This document shows positions 1 to 9,356 of a stretch of 64,000 nt of DNA, in pieces. Each line of letters opens with the position of its first letter. Position 1 is the first letter of the stretch. Made by a program: the position numbers and the translations under genes. The DNA comes from Deltaproteobacteria bacterium. Its GTDB lineage: Bacteria; Desulfobacterota_D; UBA1144; Nemesobacterales; CSP1-2. The stretch spans positions 36,840 to 100,839 of the forward strand of contig JBQTHB010000008.1 of the NCBI GenBank assembly GCA_052390235.1, given 5' to 3'. The notes beneath the pieces are model-generated. The model saw only the letters and a program-made list of their open reading frames with translations. It ran no database searches and had not been told where the DNA came from.

Positions 1-391
1 CTCCTCTGCTACCGCCTGCGCCGCCGCCGTAGCCACCACCGCCACCACCGCCGCCGCCGTAGCCACCACCACCACCACCACCGCCGCCGTACCCGCCTCC
101 GCCGCTTCTTCTCTCTCCGCCTCTGCTACCGCCTCCGTCGCGGCTGTCGGTTTTGGGACGCGCTTCGTTAACGCTGAGGGAGCGTCCTTTGAGTTCTTTG
201 CCGTTTAAAGCGGCTATCGCCTTTACGGCGTCGGCTTTAGCGGGCATCTCAATAAAGCCAAACCCGCGAGGCTCTCCACTGAACTTATCTTTAATTACGC
301 TTACCGTTGAAACCTCGCCGAACTCCGCGAATAGAGTCTTGAGGTCTTCTTCATTTACATCACGAGCCAAATTGCCTACATATATATTCAT
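1..391 (-). CDS. RRM (RNP-1) RNA-binding protein with Gly/Tyr-rich tail, 3' end beyond the window edge
   Basis: Missing from the ORF track; my translation gives MNIYVGNLARDVNEEDLKTLFAEFGEV...RGFGFIEM...LNGKELKGRSLSVNEARPK then GGGYGGGG repeats. RNP2 (IYVGNL) and RNP1 (RGFGFIEM) present; AAGGAG RBS upstream of ATG at 391. Confidence 0.95.
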   Translation of the reverse strand, partial: MNIYVGNLARDVNEEDLKTLFAEFGEVSTVSVIKDKFSGEPRGFGFIEMPAKADAVKAIAALNGKELKGRSLSVNEARPKTDSRDGGGSRGGERRSGGGGYGGGGGGGGGYGGGGGGGGGYGGGAGGSRG

Positions 392-615
392 TAATGATCT
401 CCTTTGTTATGTACCGCCTGCCTAGCTTAGCCACCTTAAACGCCAATACCTAAACCGCTAGAGGCATACTCCACTTGAGATTATACCCAATGCTGCTGGG
501 GATTTATACAGGAGCGGGAGGGGAAATTACCCATCCGAAATATTAAAGCGGTTCTCGCAATCAATTTCCCAGAGTAAACGGGTTAATTCCATGCGACAAG
601 GAGCCACGAGCCTTC

Positions 616-1158
616 TTAATGAGTATGCTCGCCGCGCTCCTGCGTATTTCCCGCATTCTCCGTCATTACCTGGTAGCCCGCAGGCGAGATTTCCGTCATG
701 ATGTCGAGAAACGCCACAATAGCCCAGATTTCTTCATCCGAGTGCGTGGCGCCAAAGGCGGGCATACCGGTCATTTTTATCCCGTGCTTAGTAATCCAAA
801 AAAGCTCCTCTCGAGTCCACTCCCCCTCTTTCATCTCCTCGACTAAATTGGGCGGCGGCGGGTTTAACCCAGCGCCAATGGCTGAAATCTCAATTCCCGG
901 CGCGCCGTGGCACACCGCGCACATCGCTTCGTATTCGCGCGCCCCCTTTTTTATCATCGCCTCCTCGGCAAGCGGCGGGGCTTTGATTGTCATGGACTGG
1001 CGTTGCACGGAGCGCTCCATTACGTATTCAAACAGCTCTTCTAGGAGCGGAGTGTTTTTTTCCGTAGCGGCGACGTTGTAAATCCCAGAATTGAGAAACA
1101 TCCACGCGCCGGCGGTAAAAATCACGAGAAATGAAAAGAGCGGAATTAGAGTTTTCAT
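616..1158 (-). CDS. Membrane-anchored monoheme cytochrome c
   Basis: N-terminal hydrophobic anchor, CAVCH heme motif, GIKMTGMPAF with distal Met ligand, C-terminal HTH. Confidence 0.9.
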   Translation of the reverse strand: MKTLIPLFSFLVIFTAGAWMFLNSGIYNVAATEKNTPLLEELFEYVMERSVQRQSMTIKAPPLAEEAMIKKGAREYEAMCAVCHGAPGIEISAIGAGLNPPPPNLVEEMKEGEWTREELFWITKHGIKMTGMPAFGATHSDEEIWAIVAFLDIMTEISPAGYQVMTENAGNTQERGEHTH

Positions 1159-1267
1159 AATTGCCCCCCCTGACCTTTTTGCCCATTCTCATATAGTTCG
1201 CTCCCATTTGTCAAGTTTTTTATATGGGGCGACGCCCGCCTGCACGCCGCCCCAACGGATTTTCCGG

Positions 1268-2044
1268 TTATAATGCAACGGATATTCCCGCCGTAATGTA
1301 AAAGCGCGCCCTCTCCCGCGCCCCTATAACCTCCGAGCCTCCTCCCAAATCAAAAACCGCTCTTTGCGAGAGCTGATACCGAATACCCACCTCCCCTCCG
1401 GCGACGCTTGCATCCGCTCTTTGAGCCGAGATGTCCCCGAATACATCGCCTAGGATGGTAAGCCTCGTAAATCCGGGCGCGCCAATGGGGTAACTGCCGC
1501 CGAGCAGGAGTTCAAAACGGCTGTCCCGCTCCGCGTCTCGGTTGCCGTTTAGGTATTCATAGGCGATGTTCGTGTGTACGCCGAGCCTGCCGACGGATTT
1601 GGTCATTATCCCTTTCACTTTAAAACCTGCCCCGCTGGAGTCATCTCCCGTGGGGATGTTGCCCTCGATTCTCAGCCCAAACGCGGGGATTGCAAGCGTC
1701 TCTTGGTTAAAATTGTAGAGCGCGCCGAGAGTAATATCGCCAAACTCCGCCCCGGCGCCGCCAGACTCGATTGAATATTCCGCGCCGGCTTCAACTTGCA
1801 GATTCGGATACGCCCCCCAAAGAAACTCAATGGGGATGAAAAATCCGCCGTCCGAGGCTCGGTTTAGGGAAAATCCGACTCCTGCCTCAATTTCAAGCTC
1901 CCTGTGCGAGATGGAATAAGCGTCGTCGAGTCGAAGCGGGCGTCCCTCATCGAGGTTTGAGTGGTCAACGGCGCGAGCGACCCCTCCACTCAGAACGAGC
2001 GCCGCCAATAGAATCCAAGCCGGGTTGATAGCGCAATTTCTCAT
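1268..2044 (-). CDS. Putative outer-membrane beta-barrel channel (MetA/phenol-degradation-transporter-like)
   Basis: Signal peptide, alternating amphipathic beta-strands, GDITLGALYNF motif, C-terminal FYITAGISVAL strand; start overlaps the upstream stop (ATGA). Confidence 0.7.
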   Translation of the reverse strand: MRNCAINPAWILLAALVLSGGVARAVDHSNLDEGRPLRLDDAYSISHRELEIEAGVGFSLNRASDGGFFIPIEFLWGAYPNLQVEAGAEYSIESGGAGAEFGDITLGALYNFNQETLAIPAFGLRIEGNIPTGDDSSGAGFKVKGIMTKSVGRLGVHTNIAYEYLNGNRDAERDSRFELLLGGSYPIGAPGFTRLTILGDVFGDISAQRADASVAGGEVGIRYQLSQRAVFDLGGGSEVIGARERARFYITAGISVAL

Positions 2045-3189
2045 TTCGCGCCTCCGTGATTGTGGCGGTGGTGATTTTCCAGAGCATCCGGCGCAGGCGC
2101 GGGTGCGCTCTTCTCCGGCATCTTATGCAACTGCATCCCCTCATGACTGCCGCCATCCGGTTTTTTCATATCGCCGCCAGAATCTTGCGATGCAAGCACA
2201 TCAGCGACTGAAGGGGGGCGCGCTCCGATGCCATGATGTGCGCCGTGTCCCCCAGATTTTTCATGGTATCCGGCGAATTTGTCTGAGCCTTTGTGGCTTT
2301 TATTGAGATAAATTGGCAGGATTTTGATTATTGCCCCGCGCTTTGCCTCAAGCGTTGGGTAGATGTCGGGGCGGCTTAGAATGTCATCAAAGTTGTCGTG
2401 GAGCATATGGAGGTTGTCAAATATCGCCGCCGCCTCAGGATAGCGCGCTGAAAATTCGGGGGCGACTTCAGCGAACATCGGCATAAATTGCCACTCAGTC
2501 GGGGGGTTTTTGAGGTACTCGTGGTATTGCGCGATAATCTTGGGCAGGAGTTGGCGATGGGCCTCGGCGCCGCCCGAAAGCTGTACATCCGCTATAGCCG
2601 CCTGAAGCCAGTGGTAAGCCCAAATCTGGGAGTTGAATTTAGGAAACTTATCCCGGAATGATTTTGACTCAGGGAAACTCCAGAGCGCGCCGTGATGGTC
2701 TAGGCGGACGGGGGTTATGGCTTCGGGCATCGAGAGATAGTCGGCGATAATCCTCCGGTACGCCGCGTCTTTATCCGCTACGGCATCGCTTGCAAAAAGG
2801 TCGTAGAGGCTTCTGTGAAGCACGTGCGCCCAGTCAAATGCGCGCTGAACCTCCCAAGCCATCCGTGTATATGTCGGAGCTATTTGCGCTTCGTCAGGGG
2901 CTACGGGAGGCGATGAGAGAATGAAATCCAGCACCTCAAGGCGCGCCTTCTCAACTTTTTCCGCGTCCTGGGTCTCGATGAGGGTTTCGGCTACGTGGGC
3001 ATGGCCGAAGTCAATTCCATTAAGCTCGCGGGCAAGCTCCGGATGCTCCTTTGATAAAGCCCAATTCCACGCCCCCCGAAGGTGAAATCTGTGGTCGCGG
3101 GAAACCCAATCCCCCGCAAGGGCGGGAATTGTTAAAATTAGAGTCAACGAAAACAGCGCGGAAAACCACAGTTTGCTTGGCTTGTACAT
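2041..3189 (-). CDS. Secreted His-rich hypothetical protein, probable metal-binding helical protein
   Basis: Signal peptide (ALA-G), motifs DFGHAH, FDWAHVLH, WAYHWLQ, FDNLHMLHD, His/Met-rich C-terminal tail; AGGAG RBS. Confidence 0.75.
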   Translation of the reverse strand: MYKPSKLWFSALFSLTLILTIPALAGDWVSRDHRFHLRGAWNWALSKEHPELARELNGIDFGHAHVAETLIETQDAEKVEKARLEVLDFILSSPPVAPDEAQIAPTYTRMAWEVQRAFDWAHVLHRSLYDLFASDAVADKDAAYRRIIADYLSMPEAITPVRLDHHGALWSFPESKSFRDKFPKFNSQIWAYHWLQAAIADVQLSGGAEAHRQLLPKIIAQYHEYLKNPPTEWQFMPMFAEVAPEFSARYPEAAAIFDNLHMLHDNFDDILSRPDIYPTLEAKRGAIIKILPIYLNKSHKGSDKFAGYHEKSGGHGAHHGIGARPPSVADVLASQDSGGDMKKPDGGSHEGMQLHKMPEKSAPAPAPDALENHHRHNHGGAK

Positions 3190-3288
3190 GATTGCTCTCC
3201 TATTTAATTTGATTGAAATGTGAAAATACGCCCCTCAAGCGCCCGATGTCGGCGGCGAGGTCAATCAATTACCAAAAAAAGGGGAGAA

Positions 3289-3678
3289 TCAAATTAGAAG
3301 GGACGAGTGTTGGATGAATAAATCGGGCGGGCGATGATTTATATCCCCCGCGAAATTGACGAAGAATCCGTAGCCAAAATTCAGCGCCGGAGGCTCGGGT
3401 AGAGAGTAAAGCGCGTACAGCAGGGGCTGGAAATCGGCAGATGCCCTCGCCCCTACGAGCGCCAGAGCGCAGCATAAAACCGATTCATGAGCAGGGCCGG
3501 CGGCGAGCTTGCTATTGGAATCCTCGCAGTGGACTCCGGGGTGATTGTCTGTCTCGTGATGATGAGAGTGATGAGACGCTAATCCCGCGCCGGAATGATG
3601 GGACGGCGACGCCTGCGCGCCGTAGCACAGAAACAGAGCCAGAGCTATAATGAAAATCGCGCTTTTATTGGTCATCAT
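3289..3678 (-). CDS. Small secreted His/Cys-rich protein, DUF2946/CruR-like leader candidate
   Basis: Signal peptide, HHSHHH tract, HC and CC residues, C-terminal HRPPDLFIQHSSLLI. Confidence 0.65.
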   Translation of the reverse strand: MMTNKSAIFIIALALFLCYGAQASPSHHSGAGLASHHSHHHETDNHPGVHCEDSNSKLAAGPAHESVLCCALALVGARASADFQPLLYALYSLPEPPALNFGYGFFVNFAGDINHRPPDLFIQHSSLLI

Positions 3679-3720
3679 CTCACTCTAAAGCTAGCATCGG
3701 ATATGTTGAAAATCAAGGGA

Positions 3721-4470
3721 TTAGTTCTTTGCTTCTAGCTCGGATATACGCTTTTTCACCGGCTCAATGTAGGAGACTAGCTGAGGCTCTACGTGCTTGA
3801 TGAACTGCTTATACGCCTCTATCGCATCGGCGTTTTTGCCGGACTTCTCGGCGGATACGGCTCTATTAAAATACGCGGCGGCAAGATGCGGGTTAATCTC
3901 TACGGCTTTAGCGTAGTCGGCAATGGCGTCTTCATAAAACCCTCTGTCTTGGTATATGAGACCGCGGTTGTTGTAGGTTTCGGCGAGCCTCGGATTGAGT
4001 TCCAGCGCGCGGGTGTAGTCCAGAAGGGCGTCGTCAAACCTGCCTCTATCCTGATAAACGAGACCTCGATTGCTGTAGGCTTCGGCAAATTCAGGGCTGA
4101 TTTCGATGGCTCTGCCGTAGTCTGCAAGGGCATCGTCGAGCTGTCCCCGGCGGTAGCGTATATTGCCGCGGCTGTTGTATGCCCCTGAGATGCGCGGGTT
4201 TATTTCGATGGCTCTGTCGAGGTCTGCGAGGGCTTGGTCGAGTTCGTTTTTCTTTCTGTACGCCTCCCCCCGGTTTGAATATGCCTCGGCGTTTCGCGGG
4301 TCTATCAGTATGACCGAGTTGAACTCCGATATGGCGCGGCTCCACATCCCGCCTCGCATGAAATCAAGCCCCCTGTTGAAAGGCGGCATAATATCCTCAG
4401 CCGACGCGCCGGCGCGCATCAACCCGAACAAGACTAAAGCAATAACAAATCTCAATAATGTCATACTCAT
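3721..4470 (-). CDS. Secreted tetratricopeptide repeat protein
   Basis: Signal peptide then tandem 34-aa repeats AYxNRG...A..DY..A.E.NP. Confidence 0.93.
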   Translation of the reverse strand: MSMTLLRFVIALVLFGLMRAGASAEDIMPPFNRGLDFMRGGMWSRAISEFNSVILIDPRNAEAYSNRGEAYRKKNELDQALADLDRAIEINPRISGAYNSRGNIRYRRGQLDDALADYGRAIEISPEFAEAYSNRGLVYQDRGRFDDALLDYTRALELNPRLAETYNNRGLIYQDRGFYEDAIADYAKAVEINPHLAAAYFNRAVSAEKSGKNADAIEAYKQFIKHVEPQLVSYIEPVKKRISELEAKN

Positions 4471-4595
4471 TACACCTCCTCAGCAATGCCCCTGACGCCC
4501 CCTCTTTTTATAATACGCTTTTTTAGTCGGCTTGCCAATACTCTATATTTTAGATACCATTTTCCGGTGAACTTCGAGGGAGGGCGGATAATTTC

Positions 4596-5840
4596 ATGAA
4601 CAATTTAGCCACAATAGACCCGGAAATAGCCGAGGCTATTAGACACGAAATCGAGCGGCAGGAGTGGAAGCTGGAGCTTATAGCATCGGAGAACTACGTG
4701 AGCGATGCCGTGCTGGAGGCGCTGGGGTCGGTGCTTACGAATAAATACGCCGAGGGGCTTCCGGGAAAGCGTTACTACGGCGGGTGCGAGTACGTTGACG
4801 TGGCAGAGACGCTGGCCATCGAGAGGGCGAAAAAGCTCTTTGGAGCGGACGCCGCAAACGTTCAGCCTCATTCGGGGGCGCAGGCGAATATGGCGGTTTA
4901 TTTCTCCGCGCTGAAGCCCGGCGACACTATTCTGGGTATGAATCTCGCTCACGGCGGGCATCTAACGCATGGCAGTCCTGTAAATTTCTCAGGGGCGCTC
5001 TACAATATCGTTCCCTACGGCGTCAGAGAGGACACGAGTCTCATTGACTACGACCAGGTGCGGGAACTTGCCCTGGCGCACCGCCCAAAGCTGATTGTCG
5101 TTGGATGGAGCGCGTACCCCCGGAAAATTGACTTCGGGCGATTCCGCGAGATAGCCGATGAGTGCGGGGCGCTTCTAATGGCGGATATTGCGCATCCGGC
5201 GGGATTAGTCGTCGCAGGGCTTTATCCGACGCCGATTCCCCACTGCGATTTCGTTACGACTACCACTCACAAGACCCTCAGGGGGCCGCGCGGCGGCATG
5301 ATAATGATGAAAAAAGAGCATGAAAAATCCGTCAATAGCAAGGTGTTTCCCGGCACTCAGGGCGGCCCGCTTATGCACGTGATTGCGGCAAAAGCCGTGG
5401 CGTTCCGCGAGGCGCTTGAGCCGGAATTTGCGGATTATCAGAGCCAAATCCTGAAAAATGCGAGAGTACTCGGCGAGTCCCTCATGGAGCGCGGGTTTAA
5501 ACTCGTCTCCGGCGGCACGGACAATCACCTGGTTCTCGTTGACCTGCGGAACACGGAAATCACCGGGAAAATGGCAGAAGAGACCCTCGGCAGAGCCGGA
5601 ATCACGGTGAATAAAAACGCAATTCCCTTTGACCCGAAGCCCCCTGCAGTCTCAAGCGGCGTTAGGATTGGCACGCCGGCGGTTACAACGCGCGGGATGA
5701 AAGAAGCCCAGATGCAGACCATCGCCGGATACATTTTTGATGCGCTCAGAAGCGCGGGCGACGAAGAGGCGTTGTGCGCAATAAAGGACAAGGTGAAGGA
5801 GCTTTGCTTGGCTTTTCCAATTTACGGGCATAAGCTGTGA
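4596..5840 (+). CDS. glyA: Serine hydroxymethyltransferase
   Basis: [36 protein letters not shown] (PLP lysine). Confidence 0.99.
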   Translation: MNNLATIDPEIAEAIRHEIERQEWKLELIASENYVSDAVLEALGSVLTNKYAEGLPGKRYYGGCEYVDVAETLAIERAKKLFGADAANVQPHSGAQANMAVYFSALKPGDTILGMNLAHGGHLTHGSPVNFSGALYNIVPYGVREDTSLIDYDQVRELALAHRPKLIVVGWSAYPRKIDFGRFREIADECGALLMADIAHPAGLVVAGLYPTPIPHCDFVTTTTHKTLRGPRGGMIMMKKEHEKSVNSKVFPGTQGGPLMHVIAAKAVAFREALEPEFADYQSQILKNARVLGESLMERGFKLVSGGTDNHLVLVDLRNTEITGKMAEETLGRAGITVNKNAIPFDPKPPAVSSGVRIGTPAVTTRGMKEAQMQTIAGYIFDALRSAGDEEALCAIKDKVKELCLAFPIYGHKL

Positions 5841-5967
5841 AAAAACTGCGGTGAAACCACCCGTTTTATTGGGAGACGCCCATTAGCGCAAATTGTTTTT
5901 TTATCTTGACCTTGGGTTTATTTATGAAATTCTCGGCTACACGAATCATTTCACTATTGAGAATTAA

Positions 5968-6498
5968 ATGAAATGCCCCTTCTGCTCGCATCAAAACGAT
6001 AGAGTGATTGACTCGCGCATCGGCAGGGATGGTCTGTCCATCAGGCGGCGTAGGGAGTGCCTTGAGTGCGGAAGACGATTTACGACCTACGAGCGCGTGG
6101 AGGAGGTTGACCTTCTCATCATCAAAAAAGACGGCAGACGCGAGCAATTTGTAAGGGGCAAAATAGTCGAGGGGATGCTCAAAGCCTGCGAGAAGAGACC
6201 GATAAGCGTCAACGTGATTCAGGATTTCGTATCGGAACTTGAGCGAGAGTTTCAGGAAAGGGGCGAGAGAGAGGTCGAGAGCAGGGAAATAGGCGAGCGC
6301 GTAATAAAGAAACTCTACGAGCTGGACGAGGTCGCCTATGTGAGATTCGCCTCGGTCTATCGTTCGTTTAAAGACGTAAACCAGTTCATGGAAGAACTCA
6401 AAGAACTGCTCAAGGATAAAGAATCCGCAAAGCAGAATGAAACCCCAGAACAGAAACCACTCCATCTCGAACTAATCAAGGACAAATCCGGCGAATAA
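5968..6498 (+). CDS. nrdR: Transcriptional repressor NrdR
   Basis: MKCPFC...VIDSR...[18 protein letters not shown] zinc ribbon, ATP-cone, [11 protein letters not shown]. Confidence 0.98.
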   Translation: MKCPFCSHQNDRVIDSRIGRDGLSIRRRRECLECGRRFTTYERVEEVDLLIIKKDGRREQFVRGKIVEGMLKACEKRPISVNVIQDFVSELEREFQERGEREVESREIGERVIKKLYELDEVAYVRFASVYRSFKDVNQFMEELKELLKDKESAKQNETPEQKPLHLELIKDKSGE

Positions 6499-6502
6499 GC
6501 AG

Positions 6503-7291
6503 ATGCTCACAGACTCGCACGCGCACCTCGAAATGCTGGACGGCGTATCGGAAATCATCGGCAGGGCAAAAGACGCCGGAGTCGGCAGGATTATCTCCAT
6601 TTCGTCAAATGTGGAGTCATCGGAGCGGACTGTGCGTATTGCCGAGGAATTCGCCGAAGTCCTCGCCTCAGTCGGCATTCACCCTCACGAGGCGGCTACG
6701 TTCTCCGAGGGGGCTTTGGCGAGGCTGGAGAGCCTGGCGGAATCCCCAAAAGTAGTGGCTATCGGCGAGAGCGGACTTGATTATCACCATATGTCATCGC
6801 CGAAAGAGGCGCAGATTCTCTCATTTAGAAATCATATCGCCCTTGCCAAGCGGCGAGACCTCGCCCTAGTCGTCCACGCGAGGGACTCAGGAAACGGCGA
6901 CGCCCACGGAGAAGCGCAGAGAATCCTAGCCGAAGAGAATATCCGCGGAATGAGGGTGGTGATTCACTGCTTCACGGCAGACCTTCAGGCAGCGGAGCGT
7001 TACATCGAGCTTGGATGCTACATATCTTTCTCCGGCATTATCACGTTCAAAAACGCGGAGGAAATCCGGCAGGCGGCGGCTCAAGCCCCGATGGACAGAA
7101 TCCTCATCGAGACCGACTCGCCGTACCTAGCCCCAATCCCCTACAGAGGGAAGAGGAACGAACCTGCCTTTGTGCAGTATGTGGCGGGGGCAATCGCCCA
7201 GATACGCGGGATTTCCCTTGATGAGGTGTCGCGGCTGACAACTGCTAACGCCGAGAGGTTCTTCGCTATTGGCGCGGACAGAAGTGGCTAG
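6503..7291 (+). CDS. tatD: TatD family DNase
   Basis: DSHAHL, GIHPH, IGESGLDY, HCF, ETDSPYLAP, RGKRNEP. Confidence 0.96.
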   Translation: MLTDSHAHLEMLDGVSEIIGRAKDAGVGRIISISSNVESSERTVRIAEEFAEVLASVGIHPHEAATFSEGALARLESLAESPKVVAIGESGLDYHHMSSPKEAQILSFRNHIALAKRRDLALVVHARDSGNGDAHGEAQRILAEENIRGMRVVIHCFTADLQAAERYIELGCYISFSGIITFKNAEEIRQAAAQAPMDRILIETDSPYLAPIPYRGKRNEPAFVQYVAGAIAQIRGISLDEVSRLTTANAERFFAIGADRSG

Positions 7292-7324
7292 TGGCTAGAG
7301 AGATTATCCCGAATGCGTGGCAGG

Positions 7325-7389
7325 TGTCATTTCAAGCTGTCCATAGCTTCTAACATGAATAGAGGTGTTTCGCTTCGTTCAACATGACA
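7325..7389. repeat. Degenerate REP-like palindromic element (TGTCAT...TTCGCTTCGTTCAACATGACA)
   Basis: Intergenic; inverted termini TGTCAT/ATGACA with a TTCGCTTCG core; similar half-copy TGTCATTTCGAAGC starts at 16176. Confidence 0.45.
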
Positions 7390-7489
7390 GCGGAAAATAC
7401 TTTCACCAGTGATTAGCCCAGCCGCGCGCGCGATGAGCCGCTCATCTATATGTAGCCTCCGCGCGCTTTCGGGCAGTGTCCCACGATAA

Positions 7490-8464
7490 ATGGCGGAGAA
7501 AACGATGAAACCGAGAATTGGAATCACTATGGGCGACCCGAACGGCATCGGGGCGGAGATTATTGCCAAAGCCCTATGTTGCTCGGAGCTTCAAGAACTC
7601 GCCGAGTTCATCGTATTCGGCAATGAAGAGATAATTAAAGCGGCGGCAATACTCGTCGGAATGCGCGGGGAATTCAAAATCGCGGAGACGGGAGATTTCG
7701 GCATCGGCGACCTGCGCCCCGGAATAGCCGAGAAATCCGCTGGACGAGCAAGCCTCGGTTATATCGAAGGAGCGGTCAAATCCGCTATGGAGGGGAAACT
7801 TGACGCCATCGTTACCGCCCCCATCGCTAAAGAGGCGACGCACCTTGCAGGCTCGAAATTCCCCGGACATACGGAGATGCTCCAGAGCTTGACCGGGGCT
7901 AAAGACGCGCGCATGATGTTCGACGGGGGCGCGTTTCGAGTGGCGCTTCAGACAATTCACACGGCGCTCGCAGAGGTTCCAGCGCTCATAAACGAGGCAG
8001 AAATCCTACGAACAATAGAGATTGTAAACGACGCCCTCATAAGCCAATTCGGTATCGTGAATCCGAAAATCGTCGTCTGCGGGCTAAATCCCCATGCAGG
8101 AGAAGTAGGCGCGTTTGGGCGGGAGGAGATTGTCCATATCATACCGGCAATCCAGAGCGCGAGACGAGGCGGGATTGATGTTTCAGGGCCCCTTCCAGCC
8201 GACACGCTCTTCTATTATGCCGCAAAAGGCAGGTGGGATATGGTCATCGCCATGTATCACGACCAGGGGCTCGTGCCGTTTAAGATGCTCTCATTCGACG
8301 ACGGGGTGAATGTAACCCTTGGGCTTCCCATTATTCGCACGTCCCCCGACCATGGGACGGCTTACGACATCGCTTGGAGGGGAGAGGCAAACCCCTCTAG
8401 CATGGCGGCGGCTGTGAAATTAGCGGTCAGACTCGCCCGCTCCAAAACCGCCTCTAGGGTCTAA
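7490..8464 (+). CDS. pdxA: 4-hydroxythreonine-4-phosphate dehydrogenase
   Basis: ITMGDPNGIGAEI, GHTE, GLNPHAGE, MYHDQGL, RTSPDHGTAYDIA. Confidence 0.97.
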   Translation: MAEKTMKPRIGITMGDPNGIGAEIIAKALCCSELQELAEFIVFGNEEIIKAAAILVGMRGEFKIAETGDFGIGDLRPGIAEKSAGRASLGYIEGAVKSAMEGKLDAIVTAPIAKEATHLAGSKFPGHTEMLQSLTGAKDARMMFDGGAFRVALQTIHTALAEVPALINEAEILRTIEIVNDALISQFGIVNPKIVVCGLNPHAGEVGAFGREEIVHIIPAIQSARRGGIDVSGPLPADTLFYYAAKGRWDMVIAMYHDQGLVPFKMLSFDDGVNVTLGLPIIRTSPDHGTAYDIAWRGEANPSSMAAAVKLAVRLARSKTASRV

Positions 8465-8537
8465 CTGGCGAGGTAGGGCATACAAATTTGGCAAACCGGC
8501 CACTAATTTTCCTCAGGAATCTTCCACCCTCACGGCG

Positions 8538-9290
8538 TCAATTAGCAGTCTGCGGCGATTTGCAGAGCGCGGGCAGTATTTCGCCCGATTTTCCGATAAC
8601 GGTCATATCGTAGAGTTGGGAGTTAATAGTCGGCTCGGTGTTGATTTCGATTACCGTCTTGCCGCTCTGCTTAGCCACTATGCCCATTGAAGCGGCGGGT
8701 TGCACTACGCCCGATGTGCCAATGATTAGCATCACATCGCAGTCCTCCATGGCAAAGAGCGCTTTATCAATCACCGCCATGGGAATCATCTCGCCGTACC
8801 AGACGATGTTCGGGCGCATGACCGCGCCGCAGGCTCTGCACACGGGCGGTATTTCCTTGATAGGCACGTCGTAGTTTTCATCGGACTGTGTGCAGTTGGT
8901 GCATCTGGTCTGCCAGATATTTCCGTGCATCTCGATGACGTTGCGGCTTCCGGCTAGTCGGTGAAGCCCGTCAATGTTTTGCGTGATGAGGGTGAACTTG
9001 GATTTTTCTCTCTCTAAATCTACCACGGCGAAGTGTCCGGGGTTGGGTTTTGCGGCTTTCATCAGCGTGCGCCTCCAGTCGTACCACTCCCAGACGAGTT
9101 TTGGGTCTCGGTAGAAGGCGTCGGGGGTTGCGAGGTCTTCGGCTCGGAAGTTGCGCCAAAGCCCGCCGTCGCCCCTGAACGTGGGGACTCCGCTCTCAGC
9201 CGAGACGCCCGCGCCGGACAGAACGACCACTTTAGACGCCCTCTCGACGATTCGCTTAGCTTTTAGGATTTTATCTTCTGTACTGTCCAT
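8538..9290 (-). CDS. cobB: NAD-dependent protein deacylase (sirtuin, CobB type)
   Basis: GAGVSAESGVPTFRG, TQNIDGLH, HG, two CxxC, YxxR (WYDWRR); start moved to the ATG at 9290. Confidence 0.93.
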   Translation of the reverse strand: MDSTEDKILKAKRIVERASKVVVLSGAGVSAESGVPTFRGDGGLWRNFRAEDLATPDAFYRDPKLVWEWYDWRRTLMKAAKPNPGHFAVVDLEREKSKFTLITQNIDGLHRLAGSRNVIEMHGNIWQTRCTNCTQSDENYDVPIKEIPPVCRACGAVMRPNIVWYGEMIPMAVIDKALFAMEDCDVMLIIGTSGVVQPAASMGIVAKQSGKTVIEINTEPTINSQLYDMTVIGKSGEILPALCKSPQTAN

Positions 9291-9356
9291 TTCACCGCCC
9301 TGCCAAATATTTAGGTTAAATCTACCCCTCAACACAAATTTTAACAATAATGACAA

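Noticed and set aside
1..135. (CCG/CCA)n low-complexity tract as a microsatellite or repeat array
   Set aside because: It is the Gly codon run of the RRM protein tail on the minus strand.
153..425. 90-aa plus-strand ORF in the track
   Set aside because: Antisense shadow of the RRM gene.
3860..4300. About 102-bp periodic nucleotide repeats as a possible CRISPR or tandem array
   Set aside because: Explained by in-frame 34-aa TPR units; no repeat-spacer structure.
5866..6465. Long antisense ORFs (here, and for example 19761-20543, 25229-26005, 47564-48259)
   Set aside because: They overlap well-supported genes on the opposite strand and have no family motifs.
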